52,314 nucleotides of DNA, taken from positions 1-52,314 of IMG/VR virus record IMGVR_UViG_3300033150_001973; one strand, written 5' to 3'. This document shows positions 37,459 through 45,598 of the stretch, one piece after another; positions within the stretch are counted from its first letter, which is position 1, and each line of letters starts with the position of its first letter. Below the pieces are notes generated by a model, which had not been told where the DNA came from, made no database searches, and saw only the letters and a list, made by a program, of their open reading frames with translations. A program made the position numbers and the translations under genes. The DNA is from a virus (taxonomy: Duplodnaviria; Caudoviricetes).

Positions 37459-37974
37459 ATGAGAAAATTAGAAAAGATTTTTGGTAAGGTAAGGGTTTTA
37501 CACTTGTTTATAATTTTTGTGTCTATTTTGGCGTCTCAACTGGTGTTCTCTGCTGAAAAAAAGGTAAAGGAGAAGAACTGGTGGGATGAGATAATTTCAG
37601 ATGTAAATTTTCTTAAAGAATATGATTGGAAAGGTTCTTTAGGAGGGATTGTATTACGAATGGGAAAAAAGGATTACAAGGTTGAGAGTTGCACTCAATT
37701 CCTTCAATCTCCAAAGGAATATCTCAATCTAAATGCAATCTATCCAGAGATAGTGGGAATGGCAGGAGAGTTTAATCTGAAAAAGGCACTCGGAGATTTC
37801 TGGTTTAAAGTATGTGTAAAGATAGATGAAGAAGCAAGGAAAAAACTTGAGGAAAAATTTAAGTTTTTCAAGTTCATACGGATAGATGTAGGTGGGTATT
37901 TTGGTTGGGATACTTCTGATAGTGGAGATTTCAAAGGAGGGATGGCGTTTAAGGTAGTTGAGTGGAAATTCTAA
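37459..37974 (+). CDS. Exported protein, possible outer-membrane beta protein
   Basis: Signal peptide (VFSA|), amphipathic beta C-terminus ending WKF. Confidence 0.5.
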   Translation: MRKLEKIFGKVRVLHLFIIFVSILASQLVFSAEKKVKEKNWWDEIISDVNFLKEYDWKGSLGGIVLRMGKKDYKVESCTQFLQSPKEYLNLNAIYPEIVGMAGEFNLKKALGDFWFKVCVKIDEEARKKLEEKFKFFKFIRIDVGGYFGWDTSDSGDFKGGMAFKVVEWKF

Positions 37975-37989
37975 AAAAAGGAGGACAGA

Positions 37990-38262
37990 ATGGAAAATAA
38001 AAATTTATTATTGATAGGGGGAGCAATAGCATTAATTCTATGGTTAGTAAGTCAAAGAAGGAAAAGTGAGACAACAACTGTAACAAGTTCAAGCATAGGA
38101 CAATCAGATTTACTGACAGGTATGGGTATGGGAGTAAGTGGTATTCCCAGACGAGGAAGACCAAAAACAGAAGCAGAAAGATTAGCAACTCATAAACTTC
38201 TTTATGGAAATACTAATTTACCACCACGAGGGACAGGATTATTTAAGAGGGGTATGTTATGA
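37990..38262 (+). CDS. Membrane-anchored protein with AT-hook-like tail
   Basis: N-terminal TM; SIGQS; PRRGRPK. Confidence 0.7.
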   Translation: MENKNLLLIGGAIALILWLVSQRRKSETTTVTSSSIGQSDLLTGMGMGVSGIPRRGRPKTEAERLATHKLLYGNTNLPPRGTGLFKRGML

Positions 38263-38768
38263 TTGGAGATATTTTTGTATTTTATCCTGACAAAAGTAAT
38301 TGGTTTAGTTGTTTCATAGGTGGATATATAGGTGGAGCGAGTCATTGTGGAGTAAAAATAGTAGAAATAAAAACTATACCGATAATATTTGAAGCAGTAG
38401 GAGAGCATAACAGAGTAGAGTTAAATCCACTTTTAATAAAAGAAGATAGAATATATGATATTTACAGATTAAAGAAAGAATACAGAGAAAATTTTGATTT
38501 AGATAAAGCAATAGAGTGGGCATTAAAACAGGTTGGTAAAGGATATGATTATTTGCAATTGATTGGTATTAAACTCAAAAGGGCAAGATTTGATAGTCCA
38601 TATAAATATATATGTTCTGAACTTGTATATAATTTTTTTAAAGAAGGCGGTATTGAACTTGCCGAATGGAAAAAGAAGTCGTTTATAACACCAAAAGATA
38701 TAACTGAAGACCCGAAACTTGAACTTATAAAAGGAGGGAAAGTTGAGGACAACAAAAATACAACTTGA
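38259..38768 (+). CDS. Permuted papain-like NlpC/P60 protein (YiiX/YebB family)
   Basis: GDI, SHCG, GKGYD, YICSELV, ITPKDI. Confidence 0.85.
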   Translation: MIGDIFVFYPDKSNWFSCFIGGYIGGASHCGVKIVEIKTIPIIFEAVGEHNRVELNPLLIKEDRIYDIYRLKKEYRENFDLDKAIEWALKQVGKGYDYLQLIGIKLKRARFDSPYKYICSELVYNFFKEGGIELAEWKKKSFITPKDITEDPKLELIKGGKVEDNKNTT

Positions 38769-38970
38769 AATGGAAATACCAGAAGCGTTATGGGAAAATG
38801 TTAAACCCCTCATATCAAAAAAAGGTATAACAATAAGGAAGGTAAAGGGAGTTTACAGGATAAAGATAACACAAGGACTTGGTGAACTTATAAAAATGAG
38901 ATTGTTAACACTACTATTAGAAATGTCAAAGAGATTACGGGAGATAAAAGATGGCAAAAGAAATAGATAA
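38743..38970 (+). CDS. Hypothetical protein
   Basis: AGGAGGG RBS before TTG. Confidence 0.5.
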   Translation: MRTTKIQLEMEIPEALWENVKPLISKKGITIRKVKGVYRIKITQGLGELIKMRLLTLLLEMSKRLREIKDGKRNR

Positions 38971-39223
38971 GGAAAAATTTGCTACTTTAATGGAGAAACA
39001 GAGACATAGGTTAAATGAACTTATAGATTACTTAAAGTCAAATCTTGAAGAGTTAGAAGAAGAGGAACATAAATTACAATCAAAATACAAAGAATTAAAG
39101 GAAAAGAGAGGTGATGTAAAAGAGTTTATAAATTTAAAAGATTTAATGTTTTTTGCGATAGCAGGATTTATTGGGTATATAGTGTGGAAAAACTATAAAG
39201 AACAAAAGGGAGGTGTCTTATGA
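38951..39223 (+). CDS. Coiled-coil protein with C-terminal TM
   Basis: LMFFAIAGFIGYIVW. Confidence 0.65.
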   Translation: MAKEIDKEKFATLMEKQRHRLNELIDYLKSNLEELEEEEHKLQSKYKELKEKRGDVKEFINLKDLMFFAIAGFIGYIVWKNYKEQKGGVL

Positions 39224-39555
39224 AAAGGTTTTATCCTTTAAAACAACCACCAAAGAAGTATGCAGATGTTAAGACAAGAACAAATATAGTAGATGGATGG
39301 GCTTTAATAAGGAGGTTTTCTTCAATAAGGGACTTAAATGATGAGGTATATAATTTAAGGAAGCAAGGGTATCAAGTAGAAACATTAACTTCAAAGATAC
39401 AAGGAAAACTTCCTCATCGTGTAGTTAAGTATATTTTATGGAAACATTTACTTACTGGTATTTATCTAGCAGAAACAAGAATAGAAGAAGGAACAGGCAG
39501 ACCATTACAAAAATTTCAAAAGAAAGCGTATGTTAAGGGAGTTATTTCTCAGTAA
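39220..39555 (+). CDS. Basic hypothetical protein
   Basis: GGGAGGTG RBS. Confidence 0.6.
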   Translation: MKRFYPLKQPPKKYADVKTRTNIVDGWALIRRFSSIRDLNDEVYNLRKQGYQVETLTSKIQGKLPHRVVKYILWKHLLTGIYLAETRIEEGTGRPLQKFQKKAYVKGVISQ

Positions 39556-39571
39556 GAAGGGGGTGTAGAAA

Positions 39572-39826
39572 ATGGAATATGTAGCAAAAAATATATGTCC
39601 AGAGTGTAAAGGATTAGGTCTTGTAGTAGTAAATCTTAAATATCCAGTTGCTCACAGTCCTGCCGTTCAAGTTAAGAAAGTATTTATTCCTTGTCCAAGA
39701 TGTAAAGGAACTGGTATTTTAACAGCAACAAGTATAGGACAAACATTGCAAAAACCACCAGTTATTAAAAGAAAAGAGTATAAGCCAGTAAAGATAAATA
39801 TCTACGGTAGAAAACAGGGGGTATAA
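39572..39826 (+). CDS. DnaJ-type zinc-finger protein
   Basis: CPECKGLG...CPRCKGTG; SIGQT. Confidence 0.7.
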   Translation: MEYVAKNICPECKGLGLVVVNLKYPVAHSPAVQVKKVFIPCPRCKGTGILTATSIGQTLQKPPVIKRKEYKPVKINIYGRKQGV

Positions 39827-41491
39827 ATGGAAAAAACAGAAAAAGAAAGGATGTTAGGGATATTAGGTGCAGTAGGACTTGGGCTATTTATGTTTAAGGG
39901 GAAATTATTTGGAGTAACCATAACTCCTCCTAATGACCTTGAAGAAAAAATAAAAGAATTAAGAGAGTATTATGATAAAAAAGCAAAAGAAATAGAAGCA
40001 CAGAGAAAGAAGGAAATACAACAGATAGAAGCAGAATTAGATAGACAAAAAGCAGAGATAGATAAATTAACAAAGGAAAAGATTGAATTAGAAAAACAAC
40101 TGGCTGAAAAACAATCTATAGATATAGAAGCAAAAATCAAAGAAATAGAAGCACAGATATATGAAAAAGCGAAACAACAAGCAGATGCATTAGCAGAATT
40201 AAGGAAAAAACAATTAGAAATAATAGAAGCACAGGTGAAAGCAGAAACAGCAAAAATACTTACTGCCTACGAAGCAGAAAATCAGTCAAGAGAAAACCAA
40301 AGAAAATTAGAACAGGATAAACTTATTTCACAGGCATTAGCAAATACTAAACAAGCAGAAGCAGAAGCAACTAAAGAACTACAGCGTATATTGGAAATGA
40401 AAAGCACTATTACTAGAGAAAAAGAATTATGGGAAAAAGCAAGTCAATTAAGACAACAATATATGCAACAAACAACAGAAGCAATGAATGCTATGCAACA
40501 AGCAGAAGCAAAAGCAAGAGAACTATTAGCAGAACAACAAAAAGCATATACAGACGCAAAAGTAAAAATAGAGGCAGAAGCAAGAAAAAAAGCACTAGAA
40601 GTGCAAGCACAAATAACAGACCAATTACATAAACAGGCATTAGAATATGCAAATCAGTTAGCAGAACAAGCAAGAAAAGCGAGATTAGAGCAAGCAGAAG
40701 TTTTGAGGAAATATGGAGAAGAACTGGCAAAACAACAGCAAGAATATGCTTCTAAATTATTCCAGATGGAAAGAGAAGCAAGAGCAAAAGCAGATGAGTT
40801 AGAAGCAACAATAAGACAACAGCAGATAGAGTTAAGTAAAAAATATGCAGAAGAATTGGCAAAGAAGGCAGAGGAAGCAAGTAGGCAGATGATAGAAGAG
40901 ATGAAAAGAGCAAAAGAAGAACAACAAAGAAAACTAGAAAATTATACAATACAGGCATATAACGAGTTGTGTAATATAATTAAAGATAATATATTTATGG
41001 AGAGTGGACTTCTTAAATTTGTAGATGAAGCAAAAGGACAACAAACAGCATTTGCCTGGATGGATAAATGGGGATATTTAGTTCCTATATTTTCTCCTTC
41101 AGCAGGTGGATTAGTAAGTGCAAAGAAGTGGATAGATATACAACTGATGAGGCGATTAGGAAAAGAAGTAGTATATGAAATACCAAAAGTTTATGAACTT
41201 ATAATAGGAAAACTGCCTACGATAAGCGGGGGTTTGATGAGGAATGAAATTAGGGATGCTTTTCCCAAAAATTTATTATGCTTTACTAAAAAATATCCCT
41301 GGCGAGAAAGTAAAGTCCCTTCTGTATCCTATAATGTTATATATTTATTAACAACTTTAAGTGTTCCTCCTTTTCCCTCCACTGTAAATGTTGTAATTAG
41401 AATAATAACTACTAATATAGATAAAATTTTAAAAGTATTACAGCCTATAGCAGAAAAGTATAGGAAAACGATAGAAGTAAAACAGAAGTAA
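39827..41491 (+). CDS. Membrane-anchored long coiled-coil protein (paralog of 24748 N-half and 42800 C-half)
   Basis: FKGKLFGVTIT ~ FKNKLFGITVT; FAWMDKWGYLVPIFSP shared with 42800. Confidence 0.75.
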   Translation: MEKTEKERMLGILGAVGLGLFMFKGKLFGVTITPPNDLEEKIKELREYYDKKAKEIEAQRKKEIQQIEAELDRQKAEIDKLTKEKIELEKQLAEKQSIDIEAKIKEIEAQIYEKAKQQADALAELRKKQLEIIEAQVKAETAKILTAYEAENQSRENQRKLEQDKLISQALANTKQAEAEATKELQRILEMKSTITREKELWEKASQLRQQYMQQTTEAMNAMQQAEAKARELLAEQQKAYTDAKVKIEAEARKKALEVQAQITDQLHKQALEYANQLAEQARKARLEQAEVLRKYGEELAKQQQEYASKLFQMEREARAKADELEATIRQQQIELSKKYAEELAKKAEEASRQMIEEMKRAKEEQQRKLENYTIQAYNELCNIIKDNIFMESGLLKFVDEAKGQQTAFAWMDKWGYLVPIFSPSAGGLVSAKKWIDIQLMRRLGKEVVYEIPKVYELIIGKLPTISGGLMRNEIRDAFPKNLLCFTKKYPWRESKVPSVSYNVIYLLTTLSVPPFPSTVNVVIRIITTNIDKILKVLQPIAEKYRKTIEVKQK

Positions 41492-41495
41492 GACA

Positions 41496-41804
41496 GTGAA
41501 AATGGAAAAAGAAGATGAAAAAAAGATACTCTTACTAGGTGTTGTTGCTGGAATAGGATTGTTAGGAAGTAAGTTATATGCACTTACAGAAACAGAAACA
41601 CCTACCATATCTACACAAGCACTACAAAATAAGTTAGAACAAGCAAAAAAAGTATGGAGACAAACAGGAACAAAGATATGGACAGAAACGAATGAAATTA
41701 TAGATAAAGCAAAAGTTACTTCCCCATTTAACATATACATAAAAGCCCCGATATTAAAAGACCCTACTTATAAAGAAAGATTTATTGGAGATAACAAAAG
41801 ATAG
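41496..41804 (+). CDS. Membrane-anchored protein (may be joined to the next ORF by a frameshift)
   Basis: Same family of N-terminal TM anchor. Confidence 0.55.
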   Translation: MKMEKEDEKKILLLGVVAGIGLLGSKLYALTETETPTISTQALQNKLEQAKKVWRQTGTKIWTETNEIIDKAKVTSPFNIYIKAPILKDPTYKERFIGDNKR

Positions 41805-42774
41805 AATAATACAAAGTGGTATGTTAGGTGTAGCAGGTGGAATAACACATTTACCAATGACACCTGAAGGAATATGGAAAGTAGCATCAACAGAATTAGT
41901 AGCAACAACTTTTACAGCATTAGGATTTACAAAAGCAGGTAGTTTAATAGCAGAAAAAGGGCTAACAGGAGCATTAGCGTCAATTCCAGGTGTGGGCTGG
42001 GTTCTTGCAGTAGGGACTTTTTTTATACCAACTCCAGGATTTATAAAAGCGTTGTTTAAACCAAAATTCAGAGGTGGATTTGCTATACCATTCCCAGAAG
42101 AAAGTTTAAAAATACTTAAACACATAACAGGACAAAACGCAGAGTATTTGTTTATGATGACAGATTTTAAACAAAAAGATAAAGGACTACTTGTTTTAAG
42201 AAGATTACTAAAACTTGCTGAAAAACCAGACCTTAAAATAGCAACAAACTTTCAACCTAACAAATTTTTAGAATGTTGTAGATTGAGTGGATATACAAGT
42301 TTATATGATAAACTGGTAAATATTGACAATACAATACAAATATTCAGGAATAAATTTTATGCTTCTAATATGCCTTTTGATATAACCTTTGATGATATGC
42401 CTATTTACTTAACAGATGAGCAGAAAGATAAAATTGTGATAGTTGGTAGTAAGAGATATAATGCATTATTTGAGAAAATTTTAGGTAGAAAAGTAACAGA
42501 TGAGCCACCACCAATCTTATGGGATGTAATACAGTCAAGAAAAATAGACCCAGCAACTGGTTTACCGACTTATACAGATTTGTTGTATCAGAAACCTTAT
42601 TATCCACCAGTAGCATACGAAACCTATGGGGTTAAAATAGTGGTAGTTTGTCCAACTTGTAATGGTAAAGGATATATTATAAGGACAAAGAGTGGATTTA
42701 TGGGAATACACCCGAAAGTAACAATGTCAACTTGCCCTACTTGTCAGGGATATGGATATATTTTGGTTGGATAG
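41785..42774 (+). CDS. Membrane protein with Gly-rich hydrophobic hairpin and C-terminal DnaJ-type Zn finger
   Basis: SIPGVGWVLAVG; CPTCNGKG...CPTCQGYG; weak start. Confidence 0.65.
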   Translation: MEITKDRIIQSGMLGVAGGITHLPMTPEGIWKVASTELVATTFTALGFTKAGSLIAEKGLTGALASIPGVGWVLAVGTFFIPTPGFIKALFKPKFRGGFAIPFPEESLKILKHITGQNAEYLFMMTDFKQKDKGLLVLRRLLKLAEKPDLKIATNFQPNKFLECCRLSGYTSLYDKLVNIDNTIQIFRNKFYASNMPFDITFDDMPIYLTDEQKDKIVIVGSKRYNALFEKILGRKVTDEPPPILWDVIQSRKIDPATGLPTYTDLLYQKPYYPPVAYETYGVKIVVVCPTCNGKGYIIRTKSGFMGIHPKVTMSTCPTCQGYGYILVG

Positions 42775-42799
42775 GGTATAATATAATAGGGAGTTATAA

Positions 42800-43585
42800 A
42801 TGGAAGAAAGACAAGAGAGAATAATGGGAATAATAGGACTTGGAGCAGTAGGTATTCTTTTATTTGCTTTTAAGGGCAATCTTACTTCTCCTGCTATAAC
42901 AACACAACCACCCATAACTCCACCTACACCACCTAATCCAAATACTAACCCCCCAGATGAACCACCACCTATACCAAAGCCACCTGAAGAACCAAAACCA
43001 CCTGTAGAAGAACCTAAAATACCACCACAGACACTACAGGCGTATGATGAATTATGTAAACTGATTGAAGATAACATATATGAAGAAGGTGGAGTTTTAA
43101 AGTTTATAGATAAAGCAAAAGGAGAAAAAGAAGGATTTGCCTGGATGGAGAAGTGGGGATATTTAGTTCCTATTTTTTCTCCAACTCCAACAGGTATAGT
43201 AAGTGCAAAGAAGTGGATGGATATACAACTGATGAGCAAGATGGGTAGAGGAATTTCAGAAGTCGTATCAAAAGTATATATAATCAAAATGTCTCCTTTT
43301 AACATATTTGCTACATATCCTTTTCTTACTAAACTTAAAAATAACAGAACTTTTTTATCACTTTTAGCATTTACTAAAAAATATCCATTTAAAATAGGAG
43401 TGGTTGAACTTGAATATAATAGTGGTCGTAGCACATCTGTATCACCTGGCGGTATGTATATTCCCACAGAATTTGCAGTTACTTTAAAAATAATAACTAA
43501 TAAAATAGATGAGGTTCTAAATATATTAAGGGATATATTGAAAAACTACTCAGGAACAAAGATAACATTATTAGAGGTTATATAG
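42800..43585 (+). CDS. Membrane-anchored Pro-rich stalk protein
   Basis: TM, Pro-rich linker, domain shared with 39827. Confidence 0.72.
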   Translation: MEERQERIMGIIGLGAVGILLFAFKGNLTSPAITTQPPITPPTPPNPNTNPPDEPPPIPKPPEEPKPPVEEPKIPPQTLQAYDELCKLIEDNIYEEGGVLKFIDKAKGEKEGFAWMEKWGYLVPIFSPTPTGIVSAKKWMDIQLMSKMGRGISEVVSKVYIIKMSPFNIFATYPFLTKLKNNRTFLSLLAFTKKYPFKIGVVELEYNSGRSTSVSPGGMYIPTEFAVTLKIITNKIDEVLNILRDILKNYSGTKITLLEVI

Positions 43586-43626
43586 AAAAATAGAATGTGA
43601 AAAAGGACAAAAAAAGGGAGGAATGA

Positions 43627-44040
43627 ATGAGTGCTTTTATAGTAGAGAATAGGACAATAAATGAAGTTGTATCTTTTTTATATTTGGGCTTCAAAAGTGA
43701 ATACTATAAAAATAAGTTAAAAGAAATGGGATTTGATATTACCACAGATGAAGGAAGAGAAAAGTTAGGACAAGAAATGTATTTTCTGAATGTAATGGCA
43801 GTTAGATATAGATATGAAGAAAGAGCAGATGATTTAATTCCACCAGGATATAAATATAAGTTAGAACCAACAAATATTTATCAAGCATTGAAATCTTTAA
43901 GGTGTTGGCTATACCAATGTTCAGAAGGTAATATACCAGAAACATCAGAATTATACAAACTTATGGAAGAAATTTCTTGTCAACTTGCTTTTGACATAGT
44001 TTACAAACTGAAACCATTTGAGGACGCAGAATGGAGGTAA
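43627..44040 (+). CDS. Conserved phage/plasmid hypothetical protein
   Basis: LN..AVRYRY...LKSLRCWLYQCSEG motif. Confidence 0.65.
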   Translation: MSAFIVENRTINEVVSFLYLGFKSEYYKNKLKEMGFDITTDEGREKLGQEMYFLNVMAVRYRYEERADDLIPPGYKYKLEPTNIYQALKSLRCWLYQCSEGNIPETSELYKLMEEISCQLAFDIVYKLKPFEDAEWR

Positions 44041-44060
44041 AATAATAAAAAGGAGAAAAA

Positions 44061-44294
44061 ATGAACTACGAAGAAATAGGTAGTTGCTCTTGTGAAGCAA
44101 TAGAGGATATTGTCAGAAGGGTTGTCAGTGAAGAATTGAGTAAGATAAAGACAACAAGTAGAGGGAAAAGGAAACCATCAAAGTATAATCTTTTTATGAA
44201 AGAATGTATAAAGGGTAAAGAAGGAGCAATACAGGATAGATTTAGGGCGTGTGCGTTAGAATACAAAGAAAAGAAAGAAAAAGGGGAAATATGA
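44061..44294 (+). CDS. HMG-box/YABBY-like small DNA-binding protein
   Basis: KRKPSKYNLFMKE...FRACALEYK. Confidence 0.6.
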   Translation: MNYEEIGSCSCEAIEDIVRRVVSEELSKIKTTSRGKRKPSKYNLFMKECIKGKEGAIQDRFRACALEYKEKKEKGEI

Positions 44295-44551
44295 AAGAAA
44301 AGATTAAAGTTATCTCTGCTAAGATGTGTTCAGGTTGTAATAAGGTTAAACAATTTATAAAAGAGAATAATTTGGATATAGAGGTCTTAGAACTTGATAA
44401 ATCAGAAGAAGCAAAACAACTGGTTAAAAAACTCGGAATTAAGGTTGTCCCCACTGCTATTATAGATGGAAAACCGTATGTCATTTCAGGTAAAGAAAAT
44501 TCCTGTCTGATAGTAGAAAATCAGTCAGAAAAGAAAAAAATTTGCAAATAA
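44291..44551 (+). CDS. Glutaredoxin/NrdH-like thioredoxin-fold protein
   Basis: CSGC, GIKVVPT..IDG. Confidence 0.85.
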   Translation: MKEKIKVISAKMCSGCNKVKQFIKENNLDIEVLELDKSEEAKQLVKKLGIKVVPTAIIDGKPYVISGKENSCLIVENQSEKKKICK

Positions 44552-44561
44552 AATTTATCCC

Positions 44562-44641
44562 TTGACACCCCCCTCTTAAAAAAAATAAAATAGAAGTAGA
44601 ACAATAGAAACTTGACAACTCGGAGTAAAGCAAGGTAAAAC
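44562..44641 (+). promoter_or_regulatory. Two tandem late-class promoters
   Basis: TTGACACCCC-18-TAAAAT (44562) and TTGACA-18-TAAAAC (44612). Confidence 0.6.
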
Positions 44642-44693
44642 GGAATAAAACTTATATTTATAAGTAAAAAATTTTGAAAGGAGGTGAAAAGAG

Positions 44694-44954
44694 ATGAAAC
44701 TGCCAGCAGATTTAAGGTCACTTATGGCTGACCCTAACATAAGTATTAGTTCTTCACCATTTGCTCCTGGTAAAGTTGTGGTTAAAAGAGCGTCCTTCCC
44801 AAAGGGTAAAGTTCCTGCTCATTTGAGAGGATACTTGATTAAATCAGGAGAATGCAGTGGAAGAACAGGAACAGTGGTTTACAAAGGTAAACCAGTTCCT
44901 GCAACTGCTAGATGTGTTGCTGAAAAACATAAGAGAGGTGGAATAGCAGAATAA
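44694..44954 (+). CDS. Small basic protein in its own transcription unit (candidate core / DNA-condensing protein)
   Basis: K/R/G/P-rich, AGGAGGTG RBS, upstream promoters and downstream terminator. Confidence 0.65.
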   Translation: MKLPADLRSLMADPNISISSSPFAPGKVVVKRASFPKGKVPAHLRGYLIKSGECSGRTGTVVYKGKPVPATARCVAEKHKRGGIAE

Positions 44955-44970
44955 TCTGGGTCACCGAAAC

Positions 44971-45010
44971 AGGGGAGTAATCTGATAAAGATTGCTCCCC
45001 TATTTTTTTT
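44971..45010 (+). terminator. Rho-independent terminator
   Basis: AGGGGAGTAATCT-GATAA-AGATTGCTCCCCT followed by AT8. Confidence 0.9.
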
Positions 45011-45065
45011 GCTATTGATACTTATAGATATAAGTGGTAAAATATAAACAAAAAAGGGGGCAGAA

Positions 45066-45323
45066 ATGGAATTAGAAAAGATTATATACTTTAGGGAAAA
45101 GAAACCACCTACCTTAAAACAATTCGTAATAAGAAAAGCAATAGGAGAAAGTGCGTCAAAAACAAAAAATGTTAAAGGGAAAGATGTGATATCTGGACAC
45201 CCCGCACCAAAATCAGCTAAAATAATAAGTGAGAATGTAAGAGGGAAAACAGCCGAAGATTTAATTAAAGAACATCCAGAGTGGGTGGAGGAATACAAAA
45301 AGAAATACGGAGGTGAAAGATGA
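45066..45323 (+). CDS. Basic hypothetical protein
   Basis: GGGGG RBS; AIGES variant motif. Confidence 0.65.
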   Translation: MELEKIIYFREKKPPTLKQFVIRKAIGESASKTKNVKGKDVISGHPAPKSAKIISENVRGKTAEDLIKEHPEWVEEYKKKYGGER

Positions 45324-45589
45324 AAAAAATATATTTAATCGGGGCAGATATGTGTAAACCCTGCGAAGATGTGAAAGAAAAAATAAAAGATTTGATGAAA
45401 AAAGGGATAGTTGAATACAAAGATATAAACGACCCAGAGGTAAGCAAAATAACAAATGGAGATAAAGAAGAAGTGCCTTTTGGTATGGTGGAAACAGATA
45501 AAGGGTTTAAAAAGTGTGAGATATTTGCTGATGATAAGAATGTATTGTTGAAATGTGAGGGGGAAGATGACTTAATTCCCCTAAAATAA
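45320..45589 (+). CDS. Glutaredoxin-like protein
   Basis: CKPC...EVPF; second Cys pair near the C-terminus, as in 44291. Confidence 0.75.
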   Translation: MKKIYLIGADMCKPCEDVKEKIKDLMKKGIVEYKDINDPEVSKITNGDKEEVPFGMVETDKGFKKCEIFADDKNVLLKCEGEDDLIPLK

Positions 45590-45598
45590 GGAGAGGAT

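Noticed and set aside
40950-43240. Diversity-generating retroelement TR/VR pair
   Set aside because: No reverse transcriptase, both copies are coding, and the differences are not adenine-specific
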